A DNA stretch of 64,000 bases from Vicugna vicugna (taxonomy: Eukaryota), in assembly GCA_013265495.1 (NCBI GenBank), contig MU058718.1:4175648-4239647 (forward strand), given 5' to 3'. Position numbers and translations under genes: made by a program. Position 1 is the first letter of the stretch. Each line of letters opens with the position of its first letter. Of this stretch, positions 1 through 10,390 are shown piece by piece. The notes beneath the pieces were generated by a model that was not told the DNA's origin, did not search any database, and saw nothing but the letters and a program-made list of their open reading frames with translations.

Positions 1-129
1 CCTCCCCTCCCCGACGCCAGCGGCTTCCCCCTCCCCACTCCATGAACTAAGTGGGAAAGGAGGCCCAGGCACTTATCCCTTTGTTTCTACTTTCACTACC
101 AGGCCTGACACCTTAGTCACATTATTTTT

Positions 130-705
130 TATTTTTACTATGAAAAAAGGAAATAGCTTTTCTATTTATTCTTCTGAGATTTCTTTTAAATATACATAGC
201 TATGTCCCCTTTCTAAATGGTATATGCCTTTTTGCTCCTTTGTTTTTTTCACTTAACTGTATGTCCTGAAGATGACTCCATAGCAGTCTTGGATTATTTT
301 GTTTTAATGAAGTGTAGTTGATTTACAGTTGTGTAGTTGTTGTGTTAGTTTCTGATGTACAGCATAGTGATTCAGTTATACATATATATTCTTTTTTTCA
401 TTACAGGTTACTGCAAGCCATTGAATATAGTTCCCTGTGCTATACAGTGGGACCTTGTTGTGTATCTATTCTGTACATAGTAGTTTACATTCACAGCAGT
501 GTTTGGAAATATCCTTCTTCTTCCTTTGCAGAGCTGTGGAACATTCCATGGTGTGTGTGGATGTAGTCATTTATTCAACCAATTCCCTGTTCACGGCCAC
601 TAGGGTTGCTACTAGTCCTTTTCTGTTAGAACAGTGCAGCGATGAACATGCTTGTGCACGTTTTTCGTCTTTTGCCAGCATCTCTTCGGGAGAGATTCCA
701 GGGGG
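130..705 (-). mobile_element. Old L1 (L1ME-like) 3' fragment, interrupted by a younger L1 tail
   Basis: Degenerate antisense L1 motifs (ttttttcacttaac..., cattccatggtgtg...tttattcaaccaattccc..., gcgatgaacatgcttgtgca); boundaries approximate. Confidence 0.6.
294..491 (-). mobile_element. 5'-truncated L1 3'UTR tail
   Basis: gaagtgtagttgatttaca...gtacagcatagtgattcagttatacat...ccctgtgctatacagt; same motif as at 62836; imperfect TSD catagcagtcttgga / cacagcagtgtttgga. Confidence 0.85.
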
Positions 706-1019
706 CACTACCCTGCGGCGCTTCATCCCCACGACTGCTCTTGGAGCCCTTCCTCCTGGAATGCTGACTCCAGCCTCCACACCTCCTTTCCGATTGGATT
801 GGCGGGTAGAAAGGGCAACAGGAAGGCAGCCTTGCTTCAGTTTGTTTCCCAGTCTCATACCAGTGCCTGTTATGGTAGTGGGGTGGGGGGAACCTGATTC
901 ATAACCAGAACTCCAGCTGGAAAGGGACCTGAGAAGGGCAGTTTTCTGTCTTCTTGTCTCTGCACACAGGACGGCTTGAAGAAGTAGGCTGGGGTGGCAG
1001 TCACCACATCCAGCTCACC

Positions 1020-1110
1020 CACATCACTCCTTTGTTTCACAAATGAGGAAATTGAGGTTTGGGAGGGGTGTGTTATTTGCTGAAGATCACGAACTGGTTC
1101 ATGGCTCCCA
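1020..1110 (-). mobile_element. MIR fragment
   Basis: Core motif acaaatgaggaaattgaggt...tttgctgaagatcac. Confidence 0.6.
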
Positions 1111-1302
1111 GCCCTGACATCTGCCCCTCTCCGCCCATGTCCATGCTGATGGGAGTCCTTGTAAGCTGGAGTTTCACTGAGTCAAACACCTTAGACAGGC
1201 AGAAGCCACTCCACACACCATGAGCTTTTACTTTTCTCTATAAAATAAAACAACCCCTCCACCTCAAGCCTCCTTTTGGATGGGTTATCATCACTTAGCA
1301 AC

Positions 1303-1668
1303 TGTTATGGCTTGAATTGTGCCCTCTCCCAAATTTATATGTGGAAGTCCTAAGAACCAGCCCCCTAGAATGTGACTGATTTGGAAACTGAGTCTTGAAA
1401 GAGGTAATTTAAGTTAGCATGAGGTCTTTAGGGTGGGCCCTAATCCAGTATGACTGGTGTCCTTATAAAAAGAGATATGGACGCAGACAGGCAGAGGGAA
1501 GTTGATGTGAAGACACAGGGAGAAGGCGGCCAAGGAGAGGCCTCACAGGAAACCAGCCTTGCCAGCACCTTGATCTCAGACCTCTCACCTCCGGGAAAAA
1601 ATAAATATCTGTTTTTTAAACTGCCTGGACTCTGTTACTTTGTTGCAGTAGCCTAGCAAACTAATACA
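1303..1668 (+). mobile_element. MaLR solo LTR (MLT1A/B-like)
   Basis: TGTTATGG...CTAATACA termini; gggtgggccctaatccagtatgactggtgtccttataa core; 5-bp TSD gcaac/gaaac. Confidence 0.9.
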
Positions 1669-2832
1669 GAAACTAAGGGCTGGTAAAAAAACAAAAAACA
1701 TAAAACCATGCTTCGGTATGAGACTAGTTTGGTCTCTTCTGGTAAGTTGCTCGCCTCAGCGTTCCTCGCCATATACATTTCTCCAGCAGCCTTACCCCTT
1801 GGCACTTCTGCCCTGCCAGACCCTTTCTGGCATCTTTCCCTAGGAGGAGAGTGCTTCCTGCATCTTGCACAGTTCCGAAGTCTCTGAAGTGGTGAATTGG
1901 CTGCAGCTTTAAATGGTGACAGAGCCACCGGCCTCCACAGAAAGACTCCCTGAGCACGTGCGCGTTCTTGCCTCATTGGGCACTCAGTGAGCATCGTCAT
2001 TTGCTTTTCTAACGCGCTCTTTTAGCGATCTTGCCCTAAGTGTATTTTCCCCCCATTTTCATGAGAGGTAAATGTGGCATGCAAGATGCATTTTTAATGA
2101 CTGAGATCCGCATTTAAGCATATTTTCCATCTTTGCTGGGTCATTAAGTCTTTAAATTTGTCGATATTTTAATGATTTTTATAGTCCAGTGATGTATAGA
2201 TTCGTTCCAGTTTCATTCTCTCCATACTCCCCTGCCCACAAGATGATCACCAAAGGGTAATTAAACACATGTGCTGTGCTGAATGGGTTCTTTCCTTCAG
2301 CCTGTCTCCTGTGCTGGCAGTTATTACGGCAGAGGCACATCACATCTGGGCTCAGGCTCTAAAGACCGTGAGGCTGGTCCAGATGCCCCAGAGAAATCTG
2401 GTCATAAGTTGCCATGTTCGAGACCATGACACCATTTCTCATGAAGCCCAACAGGACCAGCTTTCTCTCCAGTGTTGGGAGAGAATATTGTCTCTTCAGT
2501 GGAGCCCAGGTTGGCCTGTGCCTAGGGGCTGAGCTTGAACTGCACAAAGCCCGGCTAGTTCTTACACAGCGAGGAGGAGGCAGGAACCGAGACCCACTGG
2601 GAACAGCAGATTCAGATCCCTTCCCTGAGTGGAATAGCAGGCAGAAGTATCTGCACTATTTAAATAGCTTTCTCTCTTTCTCTCCTTCTCTCTCTCTCTT
2701 AATTTTACTTTTGCTGAACACATGGCAATTTACAGCATGGCTGGGTACAAGATGGTAGACAGCATAAGACTGAGCTTGCAAAGTCAGTTCAGCCACAAGC
2801 ATTTTGGCAAAGGGACTTAGGAGGCCATAGAC

Positions 2833-3730
2833 TTTTTGGTTTGTTCTTTCAAAAAGCTTTATTTCCATTCAGTCCAAGGCTTGGGAGAGGGCTCCAGGGT
2901 GGCTAAAGAGCTTTCCAGTGGCTACAGAGAGAGGCTCAGGCAGAAGCCCTGATGCCAAGGGGATGCAGAGGAGCTCCTCAAAGTCCACTGGGCTCCGGCA
3001 GCTCCTCGTCATGCTTGCAGGTGAGCTTTGGAAGAACTACTTGCCCAGCCCCGCCTGGGGGCCGCCAGCCTGGGAGGTTAGTCCAGTGGCCACCCATCTC
3101 CTCGATGAATTTCACCTGCTCAGCTAGGGCGTGGCCTCCAGGAAGTCGGAGCTGGGGGTCTGCCCGGGCAGGACCCAGGGCACGCAGATCCAAAAGGGCC
3201 GGGTCCACGTTCTTCTCCACGATCTTGGTGTTTCCTATCACGTCCTGGATTTTATCCCACTCATCTCAGAAACAGCTTCTGCACATTCTGGGAGAGGGCG
3301 CAGCCTCGGTCCTGGTTTTGCATCTTTAAGAAATGCTCAGGGCCATCGTGCTTCTCCCTGGCCAGCTCTCAGAAGAAGCGGCCCACATCTTCCAGAACCA
3401 CATCCTCACGGTCGAAGTAGACACCCAGGGACAGGTAGGTCTGGGAGGCCTGCATGTGCGGGCTGACCAGGCGGTTGGCAGCGGCGTCCATGTCGGTGGA
3501 ATAATTCTGATGAACCCAGGAGCGTGTGGTTGGCAATTAGAGCTAAGCTCAAAAAACTGTGTTCACTGGTTTGCGGGGACACGACAGAGGATGTCCAAGG
3601 TTGATTCCAAAGGTTGTAACCGCAAAAGAGGTTGAAGGGTGGTTGGAGGCTGGTGAAGGGGCATCCTCCAAACACATTGGTTCCCTCCAAATGCTCTAGA
3701 AGGGACAGGTCCAGGGGACCACTGGACACA
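2833..3730 (-). pseudogene. FTL: Ferritin light chain processed pseudogene
   Basis: Minus-strand translation [52 protein letters not shown]...FLKMQNQ...ALLDLRALGPARADP...KLTCKHD follows FTL. No introns; ATG replaced by ACA (3527-3525); in-frame TGA 3371-3369; several frameshifts; FTL-like UTRs; AATAAA (2863-2858) and decayed A-tail (2849-2833). Confidence 0.95.
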
Positions 3731-4308
3731 TTGCCCTATACAGGCACTTAAAGCAAACAGAAATCATTCCTCTTTGTGGGGCTCAGTGTCCTCACCTGTA
3801 AGGTGAGTGCTTTGGGGTGAGATAAGGCCGAAATGTCCTTCTGGAGTCCCTGACATGGGTGAGTTCAAGCTCGGGGCTCTTGGCTGAGAAACACTGGCCA
3901 CCTAGAACCGTCTAAATAACCCAATGTCCTAGAAAAACAGCAGCCTTCCCCTCCCCCCACCATCTGCCCTGGAATGTCCTAAGACAGAATTTGGTAACAA
4001 AGTAAGAATGAAGATGAGAAATGGGTGTCATTGGGAATGCTTGCCTCCAGTGTCTCTTCAGTTCAGCAAATCTAAATTTAGCACCCGGTGAAGACAAAAC
4101 AGGTGTTCTGTGTTAGAAAGGTAAAGACAGAAACTGTCCCTGACCTTGCAGAACCCCAATCTTGGTATAATTTTGAGCGGGTTATCACAGGTGAGAAAGC
4201 TGAGCAGTCGGGCAGGGGGCAGGGTGGTGATGGAATCCACTGGTAAATATTTTGATGTATCAGAGCAACTTCTGGCCTGTAATTCCTAGATTCACATGTC
4301 TTCGGAGC

Positions 4309-4610
4309 TGTGGTAATCACAAGTGCCGTTCACCAGATATTTCCAGTTCCTGGGCTACTGAGCACATGGGTGGGCCACATTTTCCTGAATCACTGAAGTG
4401 CGGCCATGTGACTTGCTTCATCAATGAAATGTCAATAGCATGGTATGTTTCACCTCCAGGCAAGAGCCTTAAGCACCATCACACGGCTCCCCACAGTTCT
4501 TTTCCTTTGCCTCGGCTTCTTAACGTCTCGCGCCACAGGGATGTGTTGCTGCTGCTGACTCTGGGAGGCAGCTCCAGAAAGCCAGACCCGTAGAACGTGG
4601 TGTGCAGTCC
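4309..4610 (+). mobile_element. MaLR LTR fragment (MLT1I/J-like)
   Basis: tgtggt start; ggccatgtgacttgcttcatcaatgaaatgt motif. Confidence 0.65.
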
Positions 4611-4779
4611 CCCTACCAGAGCCAGTTTCATGTAGCTCAGTTGGAGTCATACAGGGACCTCAAGATACTGTCACCAACGCTGTTTCTCAGGTGTACTTGT
4701 TAGAGTGTAGTAGGGTAGCAGAATATCCCAACAAAACCTTAACTTGTGGCTAAACCCACTGAGAAGGTGTGTTTTTACG

Positions 4780-5460
4780 TGATGTTTTGATACATATATG
4801 TGTGTGTAATACACATACAGCCCATGGATGTGTTGCTGTGGTTTTTGTTCTGTCACTGAGCTGGTACCACGCTGTATTACTTTGGGTTTGTAGGGTGTTT
4901 GACTGAGCAAGTCTCCCTTCTTTACTCTTCTTTTTAAAAAGTTTAGTATTTATTTACTTATTTCATATTCCTCAAAAAGAAATCCAATTGGAATTTTGAG
5001 TAGGATTGCACTGAATTTGTAGGTTAATCATGAATTCAATTAGGTCTTTATAGAGTCACCCTATATTAGGACAGCCAATCCAAAAGCATGGAACGTGCTC
5101 TGTGTGTTCAGATTATTTTCTGTTTACTAGAATTTTTAAAATTTTTGTATAGAATTTTTGTGTATTCTTGGTTAACACCTAGATATTCTGTAATTTCTGT
5201 TGCTGTTATGAATGGTATCTTTCATTTATTTTTTATTGAAGTGTAGTTGATTTCAGGTGTACAGCAAGGTGATTCAGTTATACATATACATACATATATA
5301 TTTTTTCTTTTCAGAATGGTATCTTATTAGTAATATTTTCTAGCAGCTGTTGTGGGTGGGGAGATATGCTGTTGATTTGTGCAGGGTGATCTTGCGTCTG
5401 GCAGACTTTCTGAACCTTACCAGTTCTAGTTTGTTTGAGCCTTTGTTTTTTTCTAAGTTG
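4780..5460 (-). mobile_element. Old L1 ORF2-region fragment
   Basis: ttggaattttgagtaggattgcactgaatttgtaggttaat; caatccaaaagcatggaa; tgctgttgatttgtgcagggtgatcttg, all degenerate antisense L1 motifs. Confidence 0.75.
5222..5313 (-). mobile_element. 92-bp L1 3' tail nested in older L1
   Basis: ttttattgaagtgtagttgattt...gattcagttatacatatac flanked by perfect 12-bp TSD GAATGGTATCTT (5210-5221, 5314-5325). Confidence 0.9.
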
Positions 5461-6899
5461 ACATTTTGCTTTTCCATCACTGCGTAAGAAGCACCCTCCC
5501 TTTGATTTTTGTGGAAGGTGGGTGGTGGGGGTTGAGGGGAATGACTCAGTAGAAGGAGTGGAAATTCTTTCCTCCTCCCCCTCCTACAGGGAGGGCCAGG
5601 CTTTTGTGATGTGAACACCTGGGTTCTCCACAGCTTCACAGACTGATAGTCAGGCCACTGACCACGGTGATTGGAGAAAAGGTGGCTTAAGTTCTCTGGT
5701 AACAGGAGGGGAGAGAGGAGGGGATGCCACCAAAAAGAGAGAGGGAGGGATTTAGAGAGGAGGAGGAGGAAGGATAAAAGGGAAGGACTCTTTTGAAGGG
5801 AATTTGATGGAGTGTGAGGGTCAGCCCGGGACCCAGGAAGTATCAGGGGCGGGAGACAGTAGAAGAGTCTCAGGTTCCTGAGGAGTAGCTGGACCACAGA
5901 CCCACCATTCAGCAGTATCACCCCGAGAAGGCCTGGGGACCCTTGGTCACCTAATGTGGGGATGGGGAGGAGCTCAGGGACCTGGGAGATGGACAAGGGC
6001 ACCGCACCCCCTCCCAGTAGCAGCCCATGCTGATCACCTGATAGAGGCCCTCGTCACCTGCTCTGCTGTGACGCTAACATCCAAAGCCGCAGGGTTCCAC
6101 CTACAGCCCTGGAACTCCCACAGGTCAGAGCTGGGTCCACAAGGCATGGCTGAATTGGGATCCCCATGCCTGGTCCTGAAAAGAAGCTCAAGCTCACTGA
6201 AGGTGGGCCGGGAGTTGAGAATGTTTTAATGGGGCGGCCAGTTTGCCTTGTTTGTTGAGTAACTGTGGCTGAGTATTGAGGTTGCTATGGTTTGGAAACT
6301 TCTCTGCACACCTGAGAGGCAGGGGAATGGGGCTACCCTCCGCCCTGCACAGCATTTGATGGGGCTGCCAGGGGCAGGATGGGGAGGCCTTGGCTTACAG
6401 CCGTGATTGCTGATCCCTGTTTCAGGCGCTGGCCAAGTGACTGGAAAATCAGGAAGTGAGGAGGGCGCCTCTCCCTGCCTGGTGAACACGCCCAGCTCAG
6501 CTGCTCTTATCTGACCTCCACTCCCCTTTCTGCCGCTCCACTCCCTTTCATGAATTCTGCACCTCAGGCATCCACGTCCCTGAAGCTGAGGAATCACTCC
6601 TGGGACAATTTGTTTTTTTCACACAGAGACTGGGATGAGCAGAGGTATCCAGGCAGGTGTGTTCATGCGGAGAGGCGGACAGATGCCCTCAGACCCACTC
6701 AGGTGCCTGGTCCCAGACGGGCCAGGCACTGCTTGTAAGCAAGCCACGGAGAAGCCTGACTTTCCCTGTGAGTTTATGACCCCAAAGCAGGGCAGACTAT
6801 TTGGGAGCAAAGGAACCATAATAAAGAGTTAATGGGATGAGAGAGAAAGCCTGCTTCGGTAACACAGATGCCCTGAGCCTGTCAAGGTGCTTCTAAGAG

Positions 6900-7700
6900 C
6901 AGAGCAGCCAGGCCGGGCGGGCCCAGGGCGTCCCCTGGCCTGTGGGTGGGTGAGGCCCCCGTTTCGGGGTGTGCCCCTCGTTTCCTGTTACGGCCCGTCT
7001 CCGCGTGCTGAGCTGCTGTGAACAAGGGCTGCAGTGACTCAGAGTTACGAATACGACACTTACACTGAAGATGACAGGGAATTCCCAGGGTCTTCTGCCT
7101 GGGCTGATTTTAGGCGTGCAGCTTACACAAGTGAAGTCCCAGCCCCCTTCTCCAGCCTCCTCCCTACGGCATCCTCGGCGTCTGATTTGAGGCCCATCTC
7201 ATCTGCTCAGTGGGTGACTGGACACTTCCCCAGGGCGGTGGGAGAGGCACCAGGAGTGGTGATGTCCACCTCCAGCCCCGTTCAGACACTCCTGGGGGAG
7301 GAGAGCTGACCCTTGTCTCCTGTCCCCACACGCCAAGCACTGTGCGTTATCTCACTGACGTCCACTTACTCCCAGGAGAAGGCTGCATCAGTGTTCTCAC
7401 TTGGTAGACGGAGAAGCTGGGCTCCAAACCCATCTTTGACTCATTCGTGATCTCAAGGATTAGCCACAGACTCAACTTTCCCTGAACAGACAATAAGAGG
7501 GAAAAAGGATGAGGGTAAAGAAAGGCGAGCACTCTGTTTTCTAGAGAGAAAGAGAGGAGAGGGTGCCTGTACCCTGGGCCTTTGGTTATGTTTCCCTTTC
7601 CTTTCCCCCAGTGACACATTTCTTGGCCGGTGGCTGTTTCTGGAAAGCCAGACTTGAGCTTTGAGTGGCTTCACGGCGCCTTCCGTAGCTGGGTTTGAAG
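6900..7700. promoter_or_regulatory. Candidate enhancer with AP-1 and NF-kB motifs
   Basis: TGACTCA 7035-7041, palindromic GGGAATTCCC 7077-7086, second TGACTCA ~7437, raised CpG content; motif evidence only. Confidence 0.35.
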
Positions 7701-7989
7701 GGAAAGCGACGAGGGCTGCCTGCACTGGGCAGGAGGCCCCGCAGCAGGGGACTCAGGCCAGCGCGGGTTTAGGGCCAAAAGGCTGCTCAGGTATTTGCCC
7801 AGCAGCTCCCAGTGTGCTTTGGAACAAGCAGCCGAAGCAGCCCTCGCTGAGTCGTCGACTGCTGAGGCATTAAACAGAAAAGAGCCTTTTAGTGGCTCCC
7901 AGCCTCTGCTCCCTCCCTACTGGCCAGGGTCTGTCTCGCCCATCTGTTTAGTCCCCTGTGGTCGAGAAGAGTTCCCTCATCCTTTGCTG

Positions 7990-8240
7990 TATTTCGTGAT
8001 GTTAATATTTTTGTGGCATATCCCTCAATTTGGATTTGTTTTTCCTCATGATTAGAATCAAGCTATAGATTTTTAACAAGGAAACGATGGAGGTGGTGTA
8101 GGGTCTTCTCCAGGCGTTACATTAAGGGGCACGTGCTTTCAGTTTGTCCCATTATTGGCTGCGTTGTTTGATCCCCTCCTAAAGGTGGTACTGGCCAGAT
8201 TTCTCTGTTATAAAGCTACCGTTTTCCTTCGATACCTGGG
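7990..8240 (-). mobile_element. Old L1 (L1MC-like) 3'UTR fragment
   Basis: tccctcaatttggatttg...ttcctcatgattaga...aaggtggt...gccagatttctctgttataaag. Confidence 0.65.
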
Positions 8241-8260
8241 AATAACTAAATAAATACGAA

Positions 8261-8615
8261 TGTTTATACTGGTTCCCTGAGCCCCAGTTCCCACAGGTCA
8301 ATGCAAAGAAGGCCAGGCGACGCTCGAGCATGCAGTGGGTTACAGTACAGGGGAGGAACCCTGAGCTTAGGGAACCCAAGTATTTTATAATGATTTGTAG
8401 GTCCTGACCTCTTCTGCAGAAGGAAACCTTGTCTTACTGTCCTGGACATTCAGCACTCCCGCACTCTGCCCTGCAGGGAGACGCTGCCTCTGTCTTCTAA
8501 GACTATTTGCTCCACAAACACCCTTGCAAAGATAGTCTGGACCAAAGACAGCCAGTGCCTCTTCTCATAGGACACCCACAAGTGTGAGAGGCCCATGGAG
8601 AACTGTCTCCAAACA
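8261..8615 (-). mobile_element. ERVL-class LTR (LTR40-like), 3' part missing
   Basis: Reverse complement starts TGTTTGGAGACAGTTCTCCATGGGCCTCTC and contains GGGTTCCCTAAGCTCAGGGTTCCTC...GTGGGAACTGGGGCTCAGGGAACC, as I recall for LTR40. Confidence 0.75.
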
Positions 8616-8649
8616 GGTCTGTGAAAAATGCCTTTCCACAACACAGTCA

Positions 8650-8900
8650 GTTCCGCGATTCCCCTGCTGGGGCTGGTTGTCCCCTGGTGCCCATTCTCTG
8701 CGTCTTCAGTAACGGAACCCCGCTTCCCCATGTGCACATTTTCAGCATGATGTCTGCATTTCCCATCTTCCCTTGCAGTAGGGTGTGGCTGTGTGACTAA
8801 GTTTTGAGCAACAGGCTTTAAATATAGTGTGTAACTTCTGGAAAGTGCCCTTAAAGGAAGGGAACATGCCATTTCCTTCTCTTCACTCCTTTCTGCAACA
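8650..8900 (+). mobile_element. MLT1 fragment
   Basis: catttcccatcttcccttgcagtagggtgtggctgtgtgactaagtt motif. Confidence 0.55.
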
Positions 8901-9176
8901 TCATATAGCAACCACCCTCTTCCATGTGCTTCCTAACCCTCTCCTCTGCCTTTTTTTCTTCACAGCACATAAAATCATTGACAAACTATTTCTTTTGCTT
9001 ATTTTGTATATTGTCTGCTTCCTGTGTAATGTAAATCCCATCCATCAATAGTGCTGCTACCTCACAATATATTTGTACCAATTATTAAAATGCTGAAATG
9101 TTTCTGTACCAGTTGATGACTAGCCACTGCCCCAAGTCCCCAAGTACCCCCACATGGCACCTCCCAGGTACCCAAC

Positions 9177-9583
9177 AGTCTTAGTCTTCTCAGGCTGCCA
9201 TAACAAAATTCTGTCAACTGGAGGGCTTTACCAACAGAAATTAATTTTCTCATAGTTCTGGAGCACTGGGAAGTCCAATATCAAAGTGCTGGCCAGTTCT
9301 GTTCCTGGAGAGAGCTTCTAGAAAGGTCACTCTTACTGGCTTACAGAAGGCTGCCTTCTTGTAGACACACACACACACACACAGAAGGAGGGAAAGAAGA
9401 AGGGAGAGAAAGAGAGAGGGAACTTTCCCATGACTTTTCCTATAAGGGCACTGATCTATTGGACTAGGGCCCCACCCTATGTCCTCATCTAACCCTAATT
9501 ACCTCCCAAAGGCCCCATTGCCACTGGAAGTTAGAGTCTCAACATGTGAATTTTGTGGGAATACAAACATTTAGTCCATAACA
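9177..9583 (-). mobile_element. MaLR solo LTR (MLT1A-like) with internal (CA)n
   Basis: gtcttagt...ggctgccataacaaaat start, ttagtccataaca end; perfect 5-bp TSD CCAAC (9172-9176, 9584-9588). Confidence 0.9.
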
Positions 9584-10179
9584 CCAACCACACAGACATT
9601 GACAAGCACAGCAGGGAGCTCCCAGATCTTACTTGTGCATTAGCGCCAGTGACTTCCTGCTTAATCAGTAGCCATGATGTGCCTCTGAGATTCTCCATAA
9701 AGACTGGCTGACTGAATGCATGCTAGAATCTAGGATGACTCCAAGCCTTTCCATTGTCCGTCTTGAATGCAAGAGCTGGAGTTAGATTTTTCAATAAATA
9801 AAAACAGTGAAACATACCAAGCAGCAATTCTCTGCTATTTTAAAACAAGATTCCTTATACCTTTTTTCAAGTTCTTCCTGCTTCCATCCCACCCCAGGGG
9901 GAAGAGGAGGTGACTGAGCAGAAACAGAGAAGGGGAATCAGTCTTTTTTTCTTGAGATAAGTCATTGCCAGGACCTTCCCTATGTCCATCACGAGGGATC
10001 AGAGAGGGCAGGAGAGGCGACAGCAAGTGTGAGGCTTGGGGTGGGGGGTGTCTGCCAATCAGCTCAGAGCCATATGCGTCTCCTCACTTACCTGGCTTGG
10101 AGGTCACCTCTGTGCGAATGGGCGATTTAAGGAATGTATCCATTACATTAAGGGATGTGCAAGCCCTCTGAACTCCTTC

Positions 10180-10390
10180 AGAGTGTGATATGAAGAAAGC
10201 AAACAGAGGATAGCAGGTCTGGCCTACTCTGGATAGGAGGAGCAGGGCAGGAAGACCTGAGGAGGTGGTCTGTGAGCAGAGACCTGAAGGATGAGAAGAA
10301 GTCAGCCATGGAAAGGGTGGTCTGGGCAGCAGCCCAGAGGAATCCAGAGGTAGAGCTGGTTGTGTGATTTGCTAAGCCCAGAGCAGATGA
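10180..10390 (-). mobile_element. L2 fragment
   Basis: gaggaggtgg...tgagcagagacctgaaggatgagaagaagtcagccatg motif. Confidence 0.65.

Noticed and set aside
2978..3241. 87-aa minus ORF as a functional ferritin-like protein
   Set aside because: It drifts in and out of the FTL frame through frameshifts, starts at a non-ATG codon and lacks the N-terminal helices.
5340..6002. 220-aa minus ORF
   Set aside because: Low-complexity Leu/Pro/Ser product of a GA-rich tract, running into an L1 fragment.
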